DNA from: an uncultured Streptococcus sp.
GTDB lineage: Bacteria; Bacillota; Bacilli; Lactobacillales; Streptococcaceae
Strand: one strand, 5' to 3'
DNA: 64,000 nucleotides
Assembly (NCBI RefSeq): GCF_934196125.1
Contig: NZ_CAKPVT010000003.1
Shown here: in pieces, positions 53,496 through 64,000 of the stretch
Position numbering within the stretch: position 1 is the stretch's first letter
Layout of the letters: each line of letters begins with the position of its first letter
The notes under the pieces: generated by a model
Seen by the model: only the letters and a program-made list of their open reading frames with translations
Told to the model about the DNA's origin: nothing
The model's database searches: none
Program-made: the position numbers and the translations under genes

Positions 53496-53620
53496 AAAAT
53501 GGTGTTTTGAGAAGTTGTTTTAAAGCAACCTTTAGTAAAGAAAGGAATAAAATGGAAGGTCTCTTGAATGGTTGGTGACTTTAACAACTCAAAGAGACTT
53601 TCTATTTTCTTAATAAAATC

Positions 53621-54523
53621 ATGTTATACAATCAAATTTCTAGTAACAAGCGAAGAACGGTTGTTTTGATTCTTGTTTTCTTCTTGATTTTGTCAGCTAT
53701 TGGTGCCGCAGTTGGCTATCTTTGGTTAGATAGTCTAGAATTCGGTGTGGTTATCGCCTTAATCATTGGTGGAATCTATGCTGCTAGTATGATTTTTCAA
53801 TCTACAAATGTTGTCATGTCAATGAATAATGCGCGTGAAGTCAGCGAGGAAGAAGCTCCAGAACTTTATCATATTGTAGAAGATATGGCAATGGTGGCAC
53901 AAATTCCAATGCCGCGCGTGTTTATCGTTGAAGATGATTCTTTAAATGCGTTTGCGACAGGTTCAAGTCCTGAAAATGCTGCTGTCGCAGCCACTACAGG
54001 ATTGTTAGCTGTGATGAATCGTGAAGAGTTGGAAGGTGTTATCGGACACGAAGTTAGTCATATTCGTAATTACGATATCCGCATTTCTACCATTGCTGTC
54101 GCCTTAGCCAGCGCAGTGACTTTGATTACTAGTATCGGTAGCCGCATGATGTGGTTTGGCGGAGGTGGCAATCGTCGCCGTTCGAATAACCGTGATGAGG
54201 GTGGTCTTGGTATTTTGATGTTGCTCTTTTCAATTTTATCGTTAATTTTAGCACCACTTGCCGCAACTCTCGTTCAATTAGCCATTTCACGGCAACGTGA
54301 ATACCTTGCTGATGCCAGTTCTGTTGGACTCACTCGCAACCCTGAAGGAATGATTAAAGCACTTCAAAAACTGGAGCAATCTTCTCCAATGCATCATCCT
54401 GTTGATGAAGCAAGTGCGGCACTCTATATTAATGACCCTATCAAAAAAAAAGAAAGAACAACATCATTGTTCAATACACACCCATCTATTTCGGATCGTA
54501 TTGAACGTCTTCGTCAAATGTAA
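53621..54523 (+). CDS. htpX: Zinc metalloprotease HtpX
   Basis: [10 protein letters not shown] (HExxH) motif, 4 TM helices, 300 aa. Confidence 0.92.
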   Translation: MLYNQISSNKRRTVVLILVFFLILSAIGAAVGYLWLDSLEFGVVIALIIGGIYAASMIFQSTNVVMSMNNAREVSEEEAPELYHIVEDMAMVAQIPMPRVFIVEDDSLNAFATGSSPENAAVAATTGLLAVMNREELEGVIGHEVSHIRNYDIRISTIAVALASAVTLITSIGSRMMWFGGGGNRRRSNNRDEGGLGILMLLFSILSLILAPLAATLVQLAISRQREYLADASSVGLTRNPEGMIKALQKLEQSSPMHHPVDEASAALYINDPIKKKERTTSLFNTHPSISDRIERLRQM

Positions 54524-54664
54524 GTATTTTTCTCCTTCACACGCTTGTGTGAAGTTTTTTGTTGCTACATTATTCAATAAGCTTTATTATTGGTAGTAAT
54601 ATGTACAGACAATACCGTAAAAAGTTGGTATAATAGTAAAGAAATTTTAAAAGAGGTAGTAATA

Positions 54665-55201
54665 ATGATGTTTTCAATTTCGGAAATAAAAAAGAATCCA
54701 GATGGAATTGATTTTAATTCTGTTTTAGAAATTAAAGAAAAATTAATAGAACGTAACAAAGATGTGCTAGATGTTAAAGAGGTTTTTGTACAAGGGACTA
54801 TTTCCTACGATGATGGCTTATATTTGTTAAATTATACACTTGATTATACAATTACATTACCGTCAAGTCGCTCAATGCTACCTGTAGATGTACATCAAGT
54901 TGAAGAAGTCTCAGAAATTTTTATTGAAGCAGTGGATATTCATGCAAAAGAAGATCTTGTTAGAGAAAATCTTGTTTTAGTACTTGAAGAAGATTATATT
55001 GATTTAGAAGAGAGCGCTATTGATAATATTTTATTAACGATTCCAATGCAAGTTTTAAGCGAAGAGGAACAAAATTCTGACACAATGCCATCAGGAAATA
55101 GCTGGTCAGTTTTGACAGAAGAGCAATATGATGCCCTGCAAGATAAGAAGAAAAAAGAAAATAATCCGTTTTATGCTTTAAGTGGATTGTTTGAAGATTG
55201 A
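54665..55201 (+). CDS. YceD/DUF177-family protein
   Basis: MMFSISEIKKNPDGIDFNS... with an acidic C-terminal half. RBS aggtag. Confidence 0.7.
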   Translation: MMFSISEIKKNPDGIDFNSVLEIKEKLIERNKDVLDVKEVFVQGTISYDDGLYLLNYTLDYTITLPSSRSMLPVDVHQVEEVSEIFIEAVDIHAKEDLVRENLVLVLEEDYIDLEESAIDNILLTIPMQVLSEEEQNSDTMPSGNSWSVLTEEQYDALQDKKKKENNPFYALSGLFED

Positions 55202-55404
55202 TACTATTTTTAATAAAAAAATAAAATATTCTTGAATTATAGTTAACGCTTTGATATACTTTTAAAGTGATATAGTATACTTATTTTTATTGTTTATTTT
55301 GAGAATATTATAACAAAGTGATGGAAATGCTATAATCTTTTTCTTATTGGGAAACAAAGAAGGTGCTCTGTATAGGAGTGTATACTTTTAAAAGGTTGGT
55401 GACA

Positions 55405-55670
55405 ATGAGTAAAAAGATTTTAATTATTGAAGATGAAAAAAATCTTGCACGCTTTGTGTCTTTGGAGTTACAACATGAAGGTTATTCTGTAGTTATAGAA
55501 ACAAACGGACGCTTAGGGCTTCAAATGGCTCTTGATGACGATTTTGACTTGATTTAATGCTTCCAGATATGGATGGATTTGAAATCACACGTCGTCTTCG
55601 ATTGGAAAAAGAAACTTCTATCATTATGATGACAGCCCGTGATTCTATCATGGATATTGTTGCTGTGCTG
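55405..55670 (+). pseudogene. OmpR-family response regulator, receiver domain only, with a frameshift near 55555 and no DNA-binding domain
   Basis: MSKKILIIEDEKNLARFVSLELQHEGY...DLI then shifts frame to LPDMDGFEITRRLR...IIMMTARDSIMDIVA, after which the sequence diverges. Confidence 0.7.
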
Positions 55671-55854
55671 TGTCATTATAAGCTCCTTTTATTGACTTGT
55701 CAAATATTCTTATGCAAAAAATTACTTTATATTATTATGATACCATACTCATGATATTGCGTACAATACTATCTATAACTGGATGTATTGACATGATAAA
55801 AAGTATTTTTTCTTCTACCTTCTTATAATTACTGTATTACAATGTAATAACAAA

Positions 55855-55895
55855 AAACGAAGCTTATTTTTAAAATCTAGCTTCGCTTTTTTAGC
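55855..55895. terminator. Bidirectional rho-independent terminator
   Basis: AAAAAACGAAGCT...AGCTTCGCTTTTTT. Confidence 0.5.
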
Positions 55896-55902
55896 TTCCT
55901 CA

Positions 55903-56223
55903 CTATATAATTGCCCAGTCATAAGGAGAAATATTGTCTAGCTCCTTGTATTTTTTCTTTTCAAGTTGTTCAAGCTGATAAGTACTATCCATTCTTAATA
56001 AAAAGACAGCAGGAATTCCAGTTGCTTTTTCTATTTTTAGTGCTACTTCACTACTCATGAATTTCTTGCGATTAAGAATATCAGAAATATAAGCTTGACT
56101 TACATTGATACGACTAGCAAGTTCTGCTTGTGTGATGCTATAGTGTTTCATTGTCTCCTTGAGCGTATCTCGAGCAGAAAATTCAGAAATATCAACTTCA
56201 ATTTTATTGTTTCGATTCAACAT
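55903..56223 (-). CDS. higA: HigA-family HTH (XRE) antitoxin
   Basis: 106 aa with HTH ITQAELASRINVSQAYISDIL. RBS taggaggtag. Follows higB on the same strand. Confidence 0.65.
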   Translation of the reverse strand: MLNRNNKIEVDISEFSARDTLKETMKHYSITQAELASRINVSQAYISDILNRKKFMSSEVALKIEKATGIPAVFLLRMDSTYQLEQLEKKKYKELDNISPYDWAII

Positions 56224-56234
56224 TTTTCTACCTC

Positions 56235-56558
56235 CTAATGATAATCTTCACTTTCTATAATAGAAAGTGTAACAATTTCGCTTTTATGAGTGGTTAGCTT
56301 ATCGCTTTTATCCTAGCCTTCAAAAATTAGTCTAAAATTTGCGGCAACATCTACTGCGAATTGTTGCTTATGTTCTCCTGATAATTGATGTAAGCGAGGC
56401 GGTGGTAAGTGACTGATTTGAGATAAATTTTCTGCAACAGTAAATTCCTTTAAACGTTGTTTAATTCTTAATGCTCTATCTTTTCCATAGAACTTAACCA
56501 CTTTTCGTTCATCAGATAAAATTTTAGTGAGCTTATTCGTTTCTCCGAAATATTCCAT
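56235..56558 (-). pseudogene. higB: HigB-family RelE-type toxin gene with an in-frame amber stop codon
   Basis: ...LHQLSGEHKQQFAVDVAANFRLIFEG-TAG-DKSDKLTTHKSEIVTLSIIESEDYH*. The listed ORF stops at the amber codon (plus-strand 56313-56315). The residues after it complete the HigB fold, and the real stop overlaps the higA SD. Confidence 0.6.
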
Positions 56559-56945
56559 AATTTCACTTTCTTTCGTTGATAAACAAATTATAACAAAAAG
56601 TTATAATTTAGTCAAAAATAATATAACCTTTTGTTGTACAGTCTACTTATGTTTTAACGTAACTTTAGTATCACTGTTGTGGTCAAACTTTTTTGTAACA
56701 CTTTGCCCTGAGTCATAAAGTTCTACTAGAGTTTCTTTGAAACTTTGTTCATATCGTTTAACCATAATTGGAGTGTACCAAATTACCTAAAATACTGTCC
56801 ATTTTTTCTAGGATAACATCAAGACACAGTAATCGCCCCAACAATTGGATAGACATCTGTCACTGCATGAAAAAGCGCAAGTAAAACTACAAATAAAAAA
56901 CTTCTCCATAGTTTAGAGAAGTAATTTAAATCTTTTTATTAAAAT

Positions 56946-57473
56946 TTACCATGTGAAATAGCGAATTATTTTGAAAATACCAAGTACAAGCATAACTGTA
57001 CCGAGAAGTGTCCAAAGCAACATTGCGCCCCACAAAGGTGCAAGTAGAAGCATAAGACCAGCAACTACGCTAATAATTCCTGAAAGAATCGTCCAAAATT
57101 TAGAAGGAGAATAAGAAATGAAAGCAAAAGACAAGACTCCTTCAGTAATCCAAGTAAACCCAATCAAAAGTCCACTAATAAGGAACAAAATACTTTCAGC
57201 TGCTCCTAAATTAATTAATGAAAAGATTCCAGCAATTAAATAAACTACACCTAAAAGAAGATGTCCAAACCTAGACCATGCTTCTTCATCCTTCAAAGAA
57301 AAAGTAGAAACAAGATAAGAAATTCCAATTAAAATAAAACCAGCTCCAACTACTACGGTACCTATCTGTGCTGTACGTCCAGGCCAAAACAAAATAAGTA
57401 ATCCCATAATAGTAGAAACAAGGCCACTAATTCCAACATTGTTACGTAAATTTTTCAAGATATTTTCAGACAT
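56946..57473 (-). CDS. HdeD/DUF308-family membrane protein
   Basis: 175 aa, 6 TM helices, G-rich helices typical of DUF308. Confidence 0.55.
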   Translation of the reverse strand: MSENILKNLRNNVGISGLVSTIMGLLILFWPGRTAQIGTVVVGAGFILIGISYLVSTFSLKDEEAWSRFGHLLLGVVYLIAGIFSLINLGAAESILFLISGLLIGFTWITEGVLSFAFISYSPSKFWTILSGIISVVAGLMLLLAPLWGAMLLWTLLGTVMLVLGIFKIIRYFTW

Positions 57474-57542
57474 ATCTAATACTCCTTTCTTTTATTTATT
57501 AAGTATAACTCACTAAAAGGTAAATTGCAAGTTTTTTTACTT

Positions 57543-57800
57543 TTAATCAATATGTTGAGACAACTCTTTCTGTATTTTCTTTAAATATACTCTGATTTCA
57601 TCTGTTTCACCAAATGCTTCAAATTCACTCAGCTTATTTTCGAAACTTCTTAAAATACTCGAAAACTCTTCTATTGCAAGATTATTCTTCTTTTCTTGAA
57701 AAAGTTTTTGATTCTCAGTTTTCAATGCATAAACTTCTTGAGTGAGCTGTGCATTTTGATCCACAGTTTCTCTTATAAAATCAAGCTTTTCTAAAATTTC
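57543..57800 (-). CDS. Hypothetical coiled-coil protein fragment (GTG start, or N-terminally truncated)
   Basis: The open frame extends upstream of the GTG to a stop at about 57800. Helical heptads. Confidence 0.25.
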   Translation of the reverse strand, partial: EILEKLDFIRETVDQNAQLTQEVYALKTENQKLFQEKKNNLAIEEFSSILRSFENKLSEFEAFGETDEIRVYLKKIQKELSQHID

Positions 57801-58089
57801 TTTTCATTATCCAACGAAACAAATTTATTCTTTCTTTTAGAAACCTGCTTTTACGTTATCGTCGGATTTTGTGCAAGTTGCCTTATACCCCCTGAAGAAG
57901 ATCCAAAAGACGACACAAAAAAAGAATGAAAGAAAGTAGAGTCACTTGCAATAAAAAATCAGTATAACCAGCATATAGCCTTGTTACTTCTTTTCTTGAT
58001 TTTTTAGGCCCCTGAGTTAAAGAAAGAAAAATATACAAAAATCCTAAACTCTCCAAAATAACTATCGAAAAAAACATATTACAAAAGAA

Positions 58090-59267
58090 TAAAACAAATT
58101 GTTTCCAATAATAGAGATATAAAAGTTTGGAATATTTCCTTAGGAAGTAATCAAGAGATAAATGATAATTTTATATCAGCAGAAGCAGCTGTTTTAGATA
58201 AGATTCAATATGAAAATGATGTTGTTTTTGTTATTGCAGGTACAAATAAACCTAATGCAATGATTGAAAAAATTGGTTCTCCAGCAGATTCGATTAATGG
58301 TTTAGTTGTGAATGCTATTACTAAAAGTGGTATCTCTACTAAGTATACTCGTAAAGGATTGGCTTTATCATTTTTTGCTAAGCCGGATGTTAGTTATTAT
58401 GGAGGAAGTCAAGAAAAATATATAAAGGTATGTGAACCCTTAGGGGAAGCTAATGTTGCAGGGACCTCTTTTGCTGCACCTTGGATTGCTCGAAAATTAT
58501 CCTATTTAATAGATATTTTAGGATTAAAAAGAGAACTGGCAAAAGCATTAATAATAGATTCGGCAAGGGGATGGAATGAAAAGCCTACTATGGATGAAAT
58601 TTCAATATATGGACATGGGGTTGTTCCGATTAGAATTGAAGATATCATTTATACTCCAGATGATGAAATTAGATTTTTAGTTTCAGATATAAGTGAAAAA
58701 TGGAATACTTATAATTATGACTTTCCTATTCCTTATATATCTGACAATGATATAAAAAAATATCCTTATATTACACGGGCTACAATGTGTTACTTTCCTA
58801 CCTGTAATCGGAGTCAAGGAATAGACTATACAAATACAGAGTTAGATTTACATTTTGGAAGGGTATATGAAGATAGTAAGAATAGGATAAAAATCAGAGA
58901 AATTGACGATAATAAACAAAATCAAGAAGAGGATTCAGCTTTTATTTCTGAGTCTTATGCACGTTCGGAATATCAAAAGTGGAATAATATAAAATATAAA
59001 TCTGAAAAAATGAAAGTAAGATATAAAAAATATTATCCTGATAGAATGTGGGGTATGGAAATCAAAACGGCTAATAGATTAGATCCTAAGGATGGAATAG
59101 GACTTAGGTTTGCAGTAGTTGTTACTATTAAGGAAGTAAAAGGGATTAACAGAATTGATGAGTTTATAAAAAATTTTCAATTGGAAAGTTGGCTTGTTAA
59201 TCGAATAGATGTTAAAGCAAGAATTGATATAAATGAGACAATAAATGAGACAATTGAATTTGAGTAA
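58090..59267 (+). pseudogene. S8 (subtilisin-like) peptidase lacking its N-terminal Asp/His region
   Basis: The frame opens right after a stop with ...VWNISLGS...VVFVIAGTN (oxyanion Asn) ...GTSFAAPWIA (catalytic Ser), then a 230-aa C-terminal extension. No start codon or RBS. Confidence 0.55.
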
Positions 59268-59385
59268 GATATAATCTTTGTAGTTATTACTGATTGAAAT
59301 GATGTAAGATGATGAACATGTAAGTGCTAATAAATATATAGGACAAGAGAAATCTTGTCCTTATTTTTTTGTGTAAGGGGGAAGT

Positions 59386-59601
59386 ATGGAAGAAAGATTT
59401 ACAGATTTATGTACAGCACATAAATTAGCGAAATTATTTGAATACGAATTAAAAACAGTACAAAATTATATTAGTCAAATGAGAAGAGATCCAGAATTTA
59501 ATAAATATGTTGTAGGTCCAAGAGGACATACAATGGTAAGTTATGCAGGTTTTTATGATTATTGGATAAAACAAGGAGAAAAGCAAAGAGAAATGTTATA
59601 A
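59386..59601 (+). CDS. Putative excisionase/DNA-binding protein
   Basis: 71 aa directly upstream of the integrase. RBS aagggggaag. Confidence 0.45.
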   Translation: MEERFTDLCTAHKLAKLFEYELKTVQNYISQMRRDPEFNKYVVGPRGHTMVSYAGFYDYWIKQGEKQREML

Positions 59602-59641
59602 TGAGTTATACATTTTTTCTGCTTGGTTCATAGGAGAGAGA

Positions 59642-60769
59642 ATGTTTTATAAAAAGTTAAAAAATGGTAAATACCGTTATTTTGAGAAGTATTTTGATGA
59701 AAATCAAGAGAAGTGGCGTCAAGTCACAGTGACTTTAAATTCAAAAAGTAGAGTTGCGCAAGCAGAAGCTAAAAATAGATTAGCTTTAAAAATAAAAGAA
59801 CGGCTTGAACAACAAATTTATCAGGAAATACTTACAATTCAAGAAGTTTATAATGATTGGCGAAAAATTAGAGATGAAGAATTAAAAGCTTCTTCTATTC
59901 ATACAGAAAATGGTTCTTTTCAAAGGTTTTTAAAAAAATTTGGGAAAAGAAAAATAGACAGTGTAAAAGGGAGCGAAATTCAGAAATTTATCTTAGAATT
60001 AAAGTTATCCCCAAAGACACGAGTATTGAGAAGAAGTTATTATACGATGTTGTTTTCTTATGCGCAAAAGGTGGGCTATATAGAAGATAATCCTATGTCA
60101 CAAGTTGTCTTACCTAAAGTAAGAACAACAGTGGATGATGTTAAAAAGAAACAATGTAATTTTTTAGATCGTACAGAAATGCGTACGATACTAGATTATG
60201 GTTATAGCATACCTAAGTATTATAGACAAACGTCTTTGTTTGAATTTATGTTTTTTACAGGATTGCGTATAGGAGAGCTTCTTGCTTTAAGATGGGAAGA
60301 TATTGACTTTGAAGAAATGACTTTAACAGTGAATCATACACTAAATCTTCATGGTTATGTAGCAGATGCTCGACAACTGCTTTCTCCTAAAACTGCCCAT
60401 TCTTATAGAACTTTATCATTGAATAAAAGATGTATGGAAATATTGTCTGTTTTTCAAAAGGAGTGTTACGATAAGGAATTTATCTTTGTCAGTGAAAAAA
60501 ATCATATTTATGGTAGAGATGAGCTTTCTGTTATTTTTAAGAAAATCTGTTCAGAGCAACTCGGAGAGGATAAAAATATGAGAAGGTATCATTTGCATAT
60601 GTTAAGACATTCTCATATCTCCTTACTCGTTGAAATGAATATACCAATTAAAGCCATTATGGAACGTGTAGGGCATTCGAGTGAGAAAATGATTTTACAG
60701 GTCTATAGTCATGTGACTAAAAATATGCGTAAAGAATTAAGAGTCAAACTGAACGATTTTAAATTATAA
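59642..60769 (+). CDS. int: Tyrosine-type site-specific integrase
   Basis: 375 aa, catalytic R...HxxR...Y (LRHSHISLL...VYSHV). Confidence 0.9.
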   Translation: MFYKKLKNGKYRYFEKYFDENQEKWRQVTVTLNSKSRVAQAEAKNRLALKIKERLEQQIYQEILTIQEVYNDWRKIRDEELKASSIHTENGSFQRFLKKFGKRKIDSVKGSEIQKFILELKLSPKTRVLRRSYYTMLFSYAQKVGYIEDNPMSQVVLPKVRTTVDDVKKKQCNFLDRTEMRTILDYGYSIPKYYRQTSLFEFMFFTGLRIGELLALRWEDIDFEEMTLTVNHTLNLHGYVADARQLLSPKTAHSYRTLSLNKRCMEILSVFQKECYDKEFIFVSEKNHIYGRDELSVIFKKICSEQLGEDKNMRRYHLHMLRHSHISLLVEMNIPIKAIMERVGHSSEKMILQVYSHVTKNMRKELRVKLNDFKL

Positions 60770-60898
60770 TACTTGAATTGTAGTAAAAAACTAACCAAAA
60801 ACTAACCAAAAATGAAGGAAAAAGGGGGGGAATAGGGAAATAATATTGTGAGTAAATCTCTTGAGAATGCGATTATAGCGCACGGTTAAGGGATTTGT

Positions 60899-61459
60899 GT
60901 GATGTTATTTTTTAAGATGGTTAATGAAATACTAGATATGGTTCATGTTCAGGGAACTTTTGATTTACACAAAGGTGAAAAAACAGATTTGAAAAAATCA
61001 ATCGAATTTGTTTTGGGAAATTTCCGTATTTTGCACCCAGATTTTAATTTCCAATTTTCAACAAGTGTGGAAGAATGTGTCTTTGCAGAAATTTACAAAA
61101 ATCATTTCGAACAGGCAATTTTGATTTTAATTGATAATGGCGTGAAATATTCTTCTGGAAGCAAAATAATCCATGTGACTTTGGACATCCAAGGAGATGA
61201 TGCTATTGTCAAAGTTAAGGATGAAGGAGAAGGTATTTCTCAAGAAGACCTAAAATATATTTTTGAACGTTTTTATCGAACAGATAAATCACGTAATCGT
61301 GTTTCGACACAAGGAGGTCTTGGGATTGGTTTAGCTATTCTTAAGCAGATTGTTGATGCTTATGAGCTCAATGTTAGCGTTAATAGTGTTGTTGACGAAG
61401 GCACGGAGTTTACATTGGTTATTCCGATACTTAAGACCAAACAAGATAAGACAGACTGA
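60899..61459 (+). pseudogene. Histidine kinase C-terminal HATPase_c fragment; the sensor and HisKA domains are missing
   Basis: N, G1 and G2 boxes are present (LIDNGVKYS...DEGEGIS...GGLGIGLAI). There is no coding sequence for the upstream domains. Confidence 0.7.
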
Positions 61460-61647
61460 GTTTTTCTCTCGGTCTGTTCGTTTTTCTAATAAAGCATGAT
61501 TGATTAGTCATTTTTTATTAGAAAAGGGACAAGGTTTAAGAAATGGGGAAAAGTTTGGTTGATATGGTAAAATTGGTATTACTTTCATAATGATTGATTT
61601 TATGTTAAAATAAAGTATTGAAATAATTGGTAGAATGGGGTGTTTGC

Positions 61648-62145
61648 ATGCGTTGTCCAAAATGTAATTATAATAAATCAAGTGTTATTGATAGTCGCCA
61701 AGCTGAAGATGGAAATACCATTAGACGTCGTCGCGAATGTGAAAATTGTCAGACACGTTTCACGACTTTTGAACGTGTTGAAGAATTGCCCTTACTAGTC
61801 ATTAAAAAAGATGGAACGCGTGAACAATTTTCTCGTGAAAAGATTTTAAATGGTATTTTCCAAAGTGCTCAAAAACGTCCAGTATCAAGCGATGATATTG
61901 AACAAGTTGTCTCACGTATCGAGCAAAAAGTTCGTAGTGAGTACGAAGGTGAAGTTCCAAGTACAGCCATTGGTAATCTTGTCATGGATGAGTTAGCTGA
62001 ACTTGATGAGATTACTTATGTGCGTTTTGCCTCTGTTTACAAATCGTTTAAAGATGTTGATGAGATTGAAGAACTTCTACAACAAATTACCAACCGAGTT
62101 CATAGTAAGAAGAAAAGAAGTAATTTAAATGAGACCGATCGATGA
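61648..62145 (+). CDS. nrdR: Transcriptional repressor NrdR
   Basis: [18 protein letters not shown]... zinc ribbon plus ATP-cone. Confidence 0.92.
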   Translation: MRCPKCNYNKSSVIDSRQAEDGNTIRRRRECENCQTRFTTFERVEELPLLVIKKDGTREQFSREKILNGIFQSAQKRPVSSDDIEQVVSRIEQKVRSEYEGEVPSTAIGNLVMDELAELDEITYVRFASVYKSFKDVDEIEELLQQITNRVHSKKKRSNLNETDR

Positions 62146-63286
62146 GTTTTCTTATATCAAAAATAATAAGGTTTTATTAGATTCTGATAGTCTTAGCCAG
62201 CTGTATCACCCAGTGATTGGAAATCATGCGGCTTTGCTTTATGATTATTTGTTGGCGTTTTTTGATGATGGTGTTAAACGTCACAAATTTAGTGAGATTC
62301 TCAATCATTTGCAATTAAGCATGCATCAGGTGGAAGAAGCTTTTGCAATTTTGACTGCTGTTGATTTACTTGTTTTGTACCAAACACGTGATGCTTATGT
62401 TTTAAAATTGCAGCCAGCTTTGAATCGTGAGATTTTTCTTAGCAATCCTGTCTATCGTCGCTTGTTAGAGCAGGAAATTGGTGATGTTGCAGTGGCTGAG
62501 CTGGATATTAAAATTCCGCAAGAGGCTAGAGAGATTTCCAAAAAATTCTCAGATATTTTTTCAGCAGAAGGGACACCAAAGTCAAAAGCAAATGTGTCAA
62601 AAAATCATTTTGATTTGGATAGCTTTGAGCGTTTGATGTTGCGTGATGGCCTGCAATTTAAAGATGAAAAAGCAGATGTTGTTTCGATTTACAGCCTTGC
62701 TGACAAATACACCATGAATTGGTTTGATACCTATCATTTGGCAAAAAGCACGGCTATTAATGGTAAAATTTCACCCCAACGAATGACTATTCAGTTGGAA
62801 CAACCCAAAGATGCGAAATCACAAGGTCAAAGCAAAGAGCAATTTGACACCAAGGAACAAGTGATTATTCGTGAAGCCAAGCAAGCTAATGCAAGAGAAT
62901 TTTTGGAGAAAATCAAAGCACCACGTCGTGCAGTGGTTACCGAGAGCGAGCGAAAATTGTTGGAAGAATTAGCTAACATGAGCTTTTTAGATGAAGTGAT
63001 TAATGTCATGGTGCTTTATACGTTAAATAAAACGCAGTCAGCTAATCTCAATAAACCTTACATTATGAAGGTAGCAAATGATTTTGCTTATCAAAACATT
63101 GCGACTGCTGAAGCTGCCGTTTTAAAAATGCGCAGCTTTGCCCAACGCAATAAAGACCGTAAAGTACAAGCAAAAGTTGCTAAAAGCAATGTCCCTGAAT
63201 GGACAGCAAAAGAATACAAGCATGTTGCTACTGCTGAAGAAAAAGCGAAATTGGAAGAACTCAAACGTAGCATGTTAGAAGATTAA
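62129..63286 (+). CDS. dnaB: Replication initiation and membrane attachment protein (helicase co-loader, DnaB of Firmicutes)
   Basis: 385 aa; conserved nrdR-dnaB-dnaI order. Confidence 0.8.
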   Translation: MRPIDEFSYIKNNKVLLDSDSLSQLYHPVIGNHAALLYDYLLAFFDDGVKRHKFSEILNHLQLSMHQVEEAFAILTAVDLLVLYQTRDAYVLKLQPALNREIFLSNPVYRRLLEQEIGDVAVAELDIKIPQEAREISKKFSDIFSAEGTPKSKANVSKNHFDLDSFERLMLRDGLQFKDEKADVVSIYSLADKYTMNWFDTYHLAKSTAINGKISPQRMTIQLEQPKDAKSQGQSKEQFDTKEQVIIREAKQANAREFLEKIKAPRRAVVTESERKLLEELANMSFLDEVINVMVLYTLNKTQSANLNKPYIMKVANDFAYQNIATAEAAVLKMRSFAQRNKDRKVQAKVAKSNVPEWTAKEYKHVATAEEKAKLEELKRSMLED

Positions 63287-63296
63287 GGAGCGAGTG

Positions 63297-64000
63297 ATGG
63301 AAAAAATTGGACAAACCTTGGCTAAACAGCTTCGCCAAAGTCGCACAGACCTTAATGAATTGACCCAAGTTATTTTAGCAGATAAGGAAATTGCTGATTT
63401 TATCACGTCAAATGGCTTGACTCAGGAGCAAATTAACCGTAGTCTACCTAAGTTTAATCAATTCATGGTGGAGCGTGAAAAATTTCAAAATCAGGATGAA
63501 TCCTATATTGCTAAAGGGTACAAGCCTGCCCTTAGCATGAATGAGGGCTATGCAGATGTCATTTATTTGGAAACACGCGAATTAGTTGAGGCTAAAAAAC
63601 GTCAAGATATTAAAAATCGTGTGACTTTGATTGGCTTGCCAGCTAGTCTCAAACACATTTCAACAGATGATCTTGATTTAGGAGACCCAAATCGTATTGA
63701 AATTTACAATTATTTGAACGATTATCAAAAAGATCTTGAGCCAGGAACTCAAAAAGGGCTTTATGTTTTTGGAAATTTTGGTGTTGGGAAGTCTTATTTG
63801 ATGGCTTATCTAGCAAATCGTTTATCTGCCAAGTACGACAAGTCAACGACCTTGCTTCATTTTCCGACTTTCTGTGTTGATATTAAAAATGCTATCAATA
63901 CAGGAACGGTGAAAGAGCAAATTGACCAAATCAAACAATCTGAAATTTTAGTTCTTGATGATATTGGGGCAGAGCAACAAAGCCCATGGATTCGTGATGA
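63297..64000 (+). CDS. dnaI: Primosomal helicase loader DnaI (3' end beyond the window)
   Basis: MEKIGQTLAKQL... with Walker A GNFGVGKSYL. Runs off the window end. Confidence 0.85.
   Translation, partial: MEKIGQTLAKQLRQSRTDLNELTQVILADKEIADFITSNGLTQEQINRSLPKFNQFMVEREKFQNQDESYIAKGYKPALSMNEGYADVIYLETRELVEAKKRQDIKNRVTLIGLPASLKHISTDDLDLGDPNRIEIYNYLNDYQKDLEPGTQKGLYVFGNFGVGKSYLMAYLANRLSAKYDKSTTLLHFPTFCVDIKNAINTGTVKEQIDQIKQSEILVLDDIGAEQQSPWIRD

Larger units (their letters stand above)
58090..60800 (+). mobile_element. Right-hand portion of a decayed integrative (IME/ICE-like) element: truncated S8 peptidase, xis, int
   Basis: int and xis sit at the element edge and are followed by an 11-bp direct repeat and a G7 tract. 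The element lies inside a disrupted two-component-system locus. Confidence 0.5.

Overview
The window is about 64 kb of a low-GC Gram-positive chromosome. Its gene content and order (secA-DAHP synthase-acpS-alr-recG; alaT-codY-isochorismatase-gatCAB; yqeG-yqeH-yhbY-nadD-yqeK-rsfS; metQ-M20-metNI; ktrAB; nrdR-dnaB-dnaI) look like Streptococcus. The heavy load of pseudogenes and IS debris suggests an S. thermophilus/salivarius-group genome. All homology calls were made by eye from the ORF translations; no database search was run. No rRNA, tRNA or CRISPR array was seen. Conserved housekeeping blocks alternate with AT-rich, decayed accessory patches: (1) 19.6-22.4 kb, an array of promoter-less orphan toxin C-terminal modules, each with a downstream immunity-like gene, separated by about 160-bp junction repeats, next to a one-ended Tn3-family remnant and IS debris; (2) 27.9-30.0 kb, an IS3-family element and a second IS3 fragment that truncate an MFS transporter gene; (3) 36.2-39.9 kb, a DUF4176 gene, an EssC-like remnant, an IS110 remnant and small unknown ORFs that look like type VII secretion debris; (4) 55.4-61.5 kb, a two-component system broken by an integrase/excisionase-bearing element remnant that carries a decayed HigBA pair and a truncated S8 peptidase. 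Regulatory signals include a near-perfect CodY box plus a sigma-A promoter in front of codY, whose 5' UTR is made of about 8.7 tandem copies of a 9-bp unit, and a perfect Met box in front of metQ.
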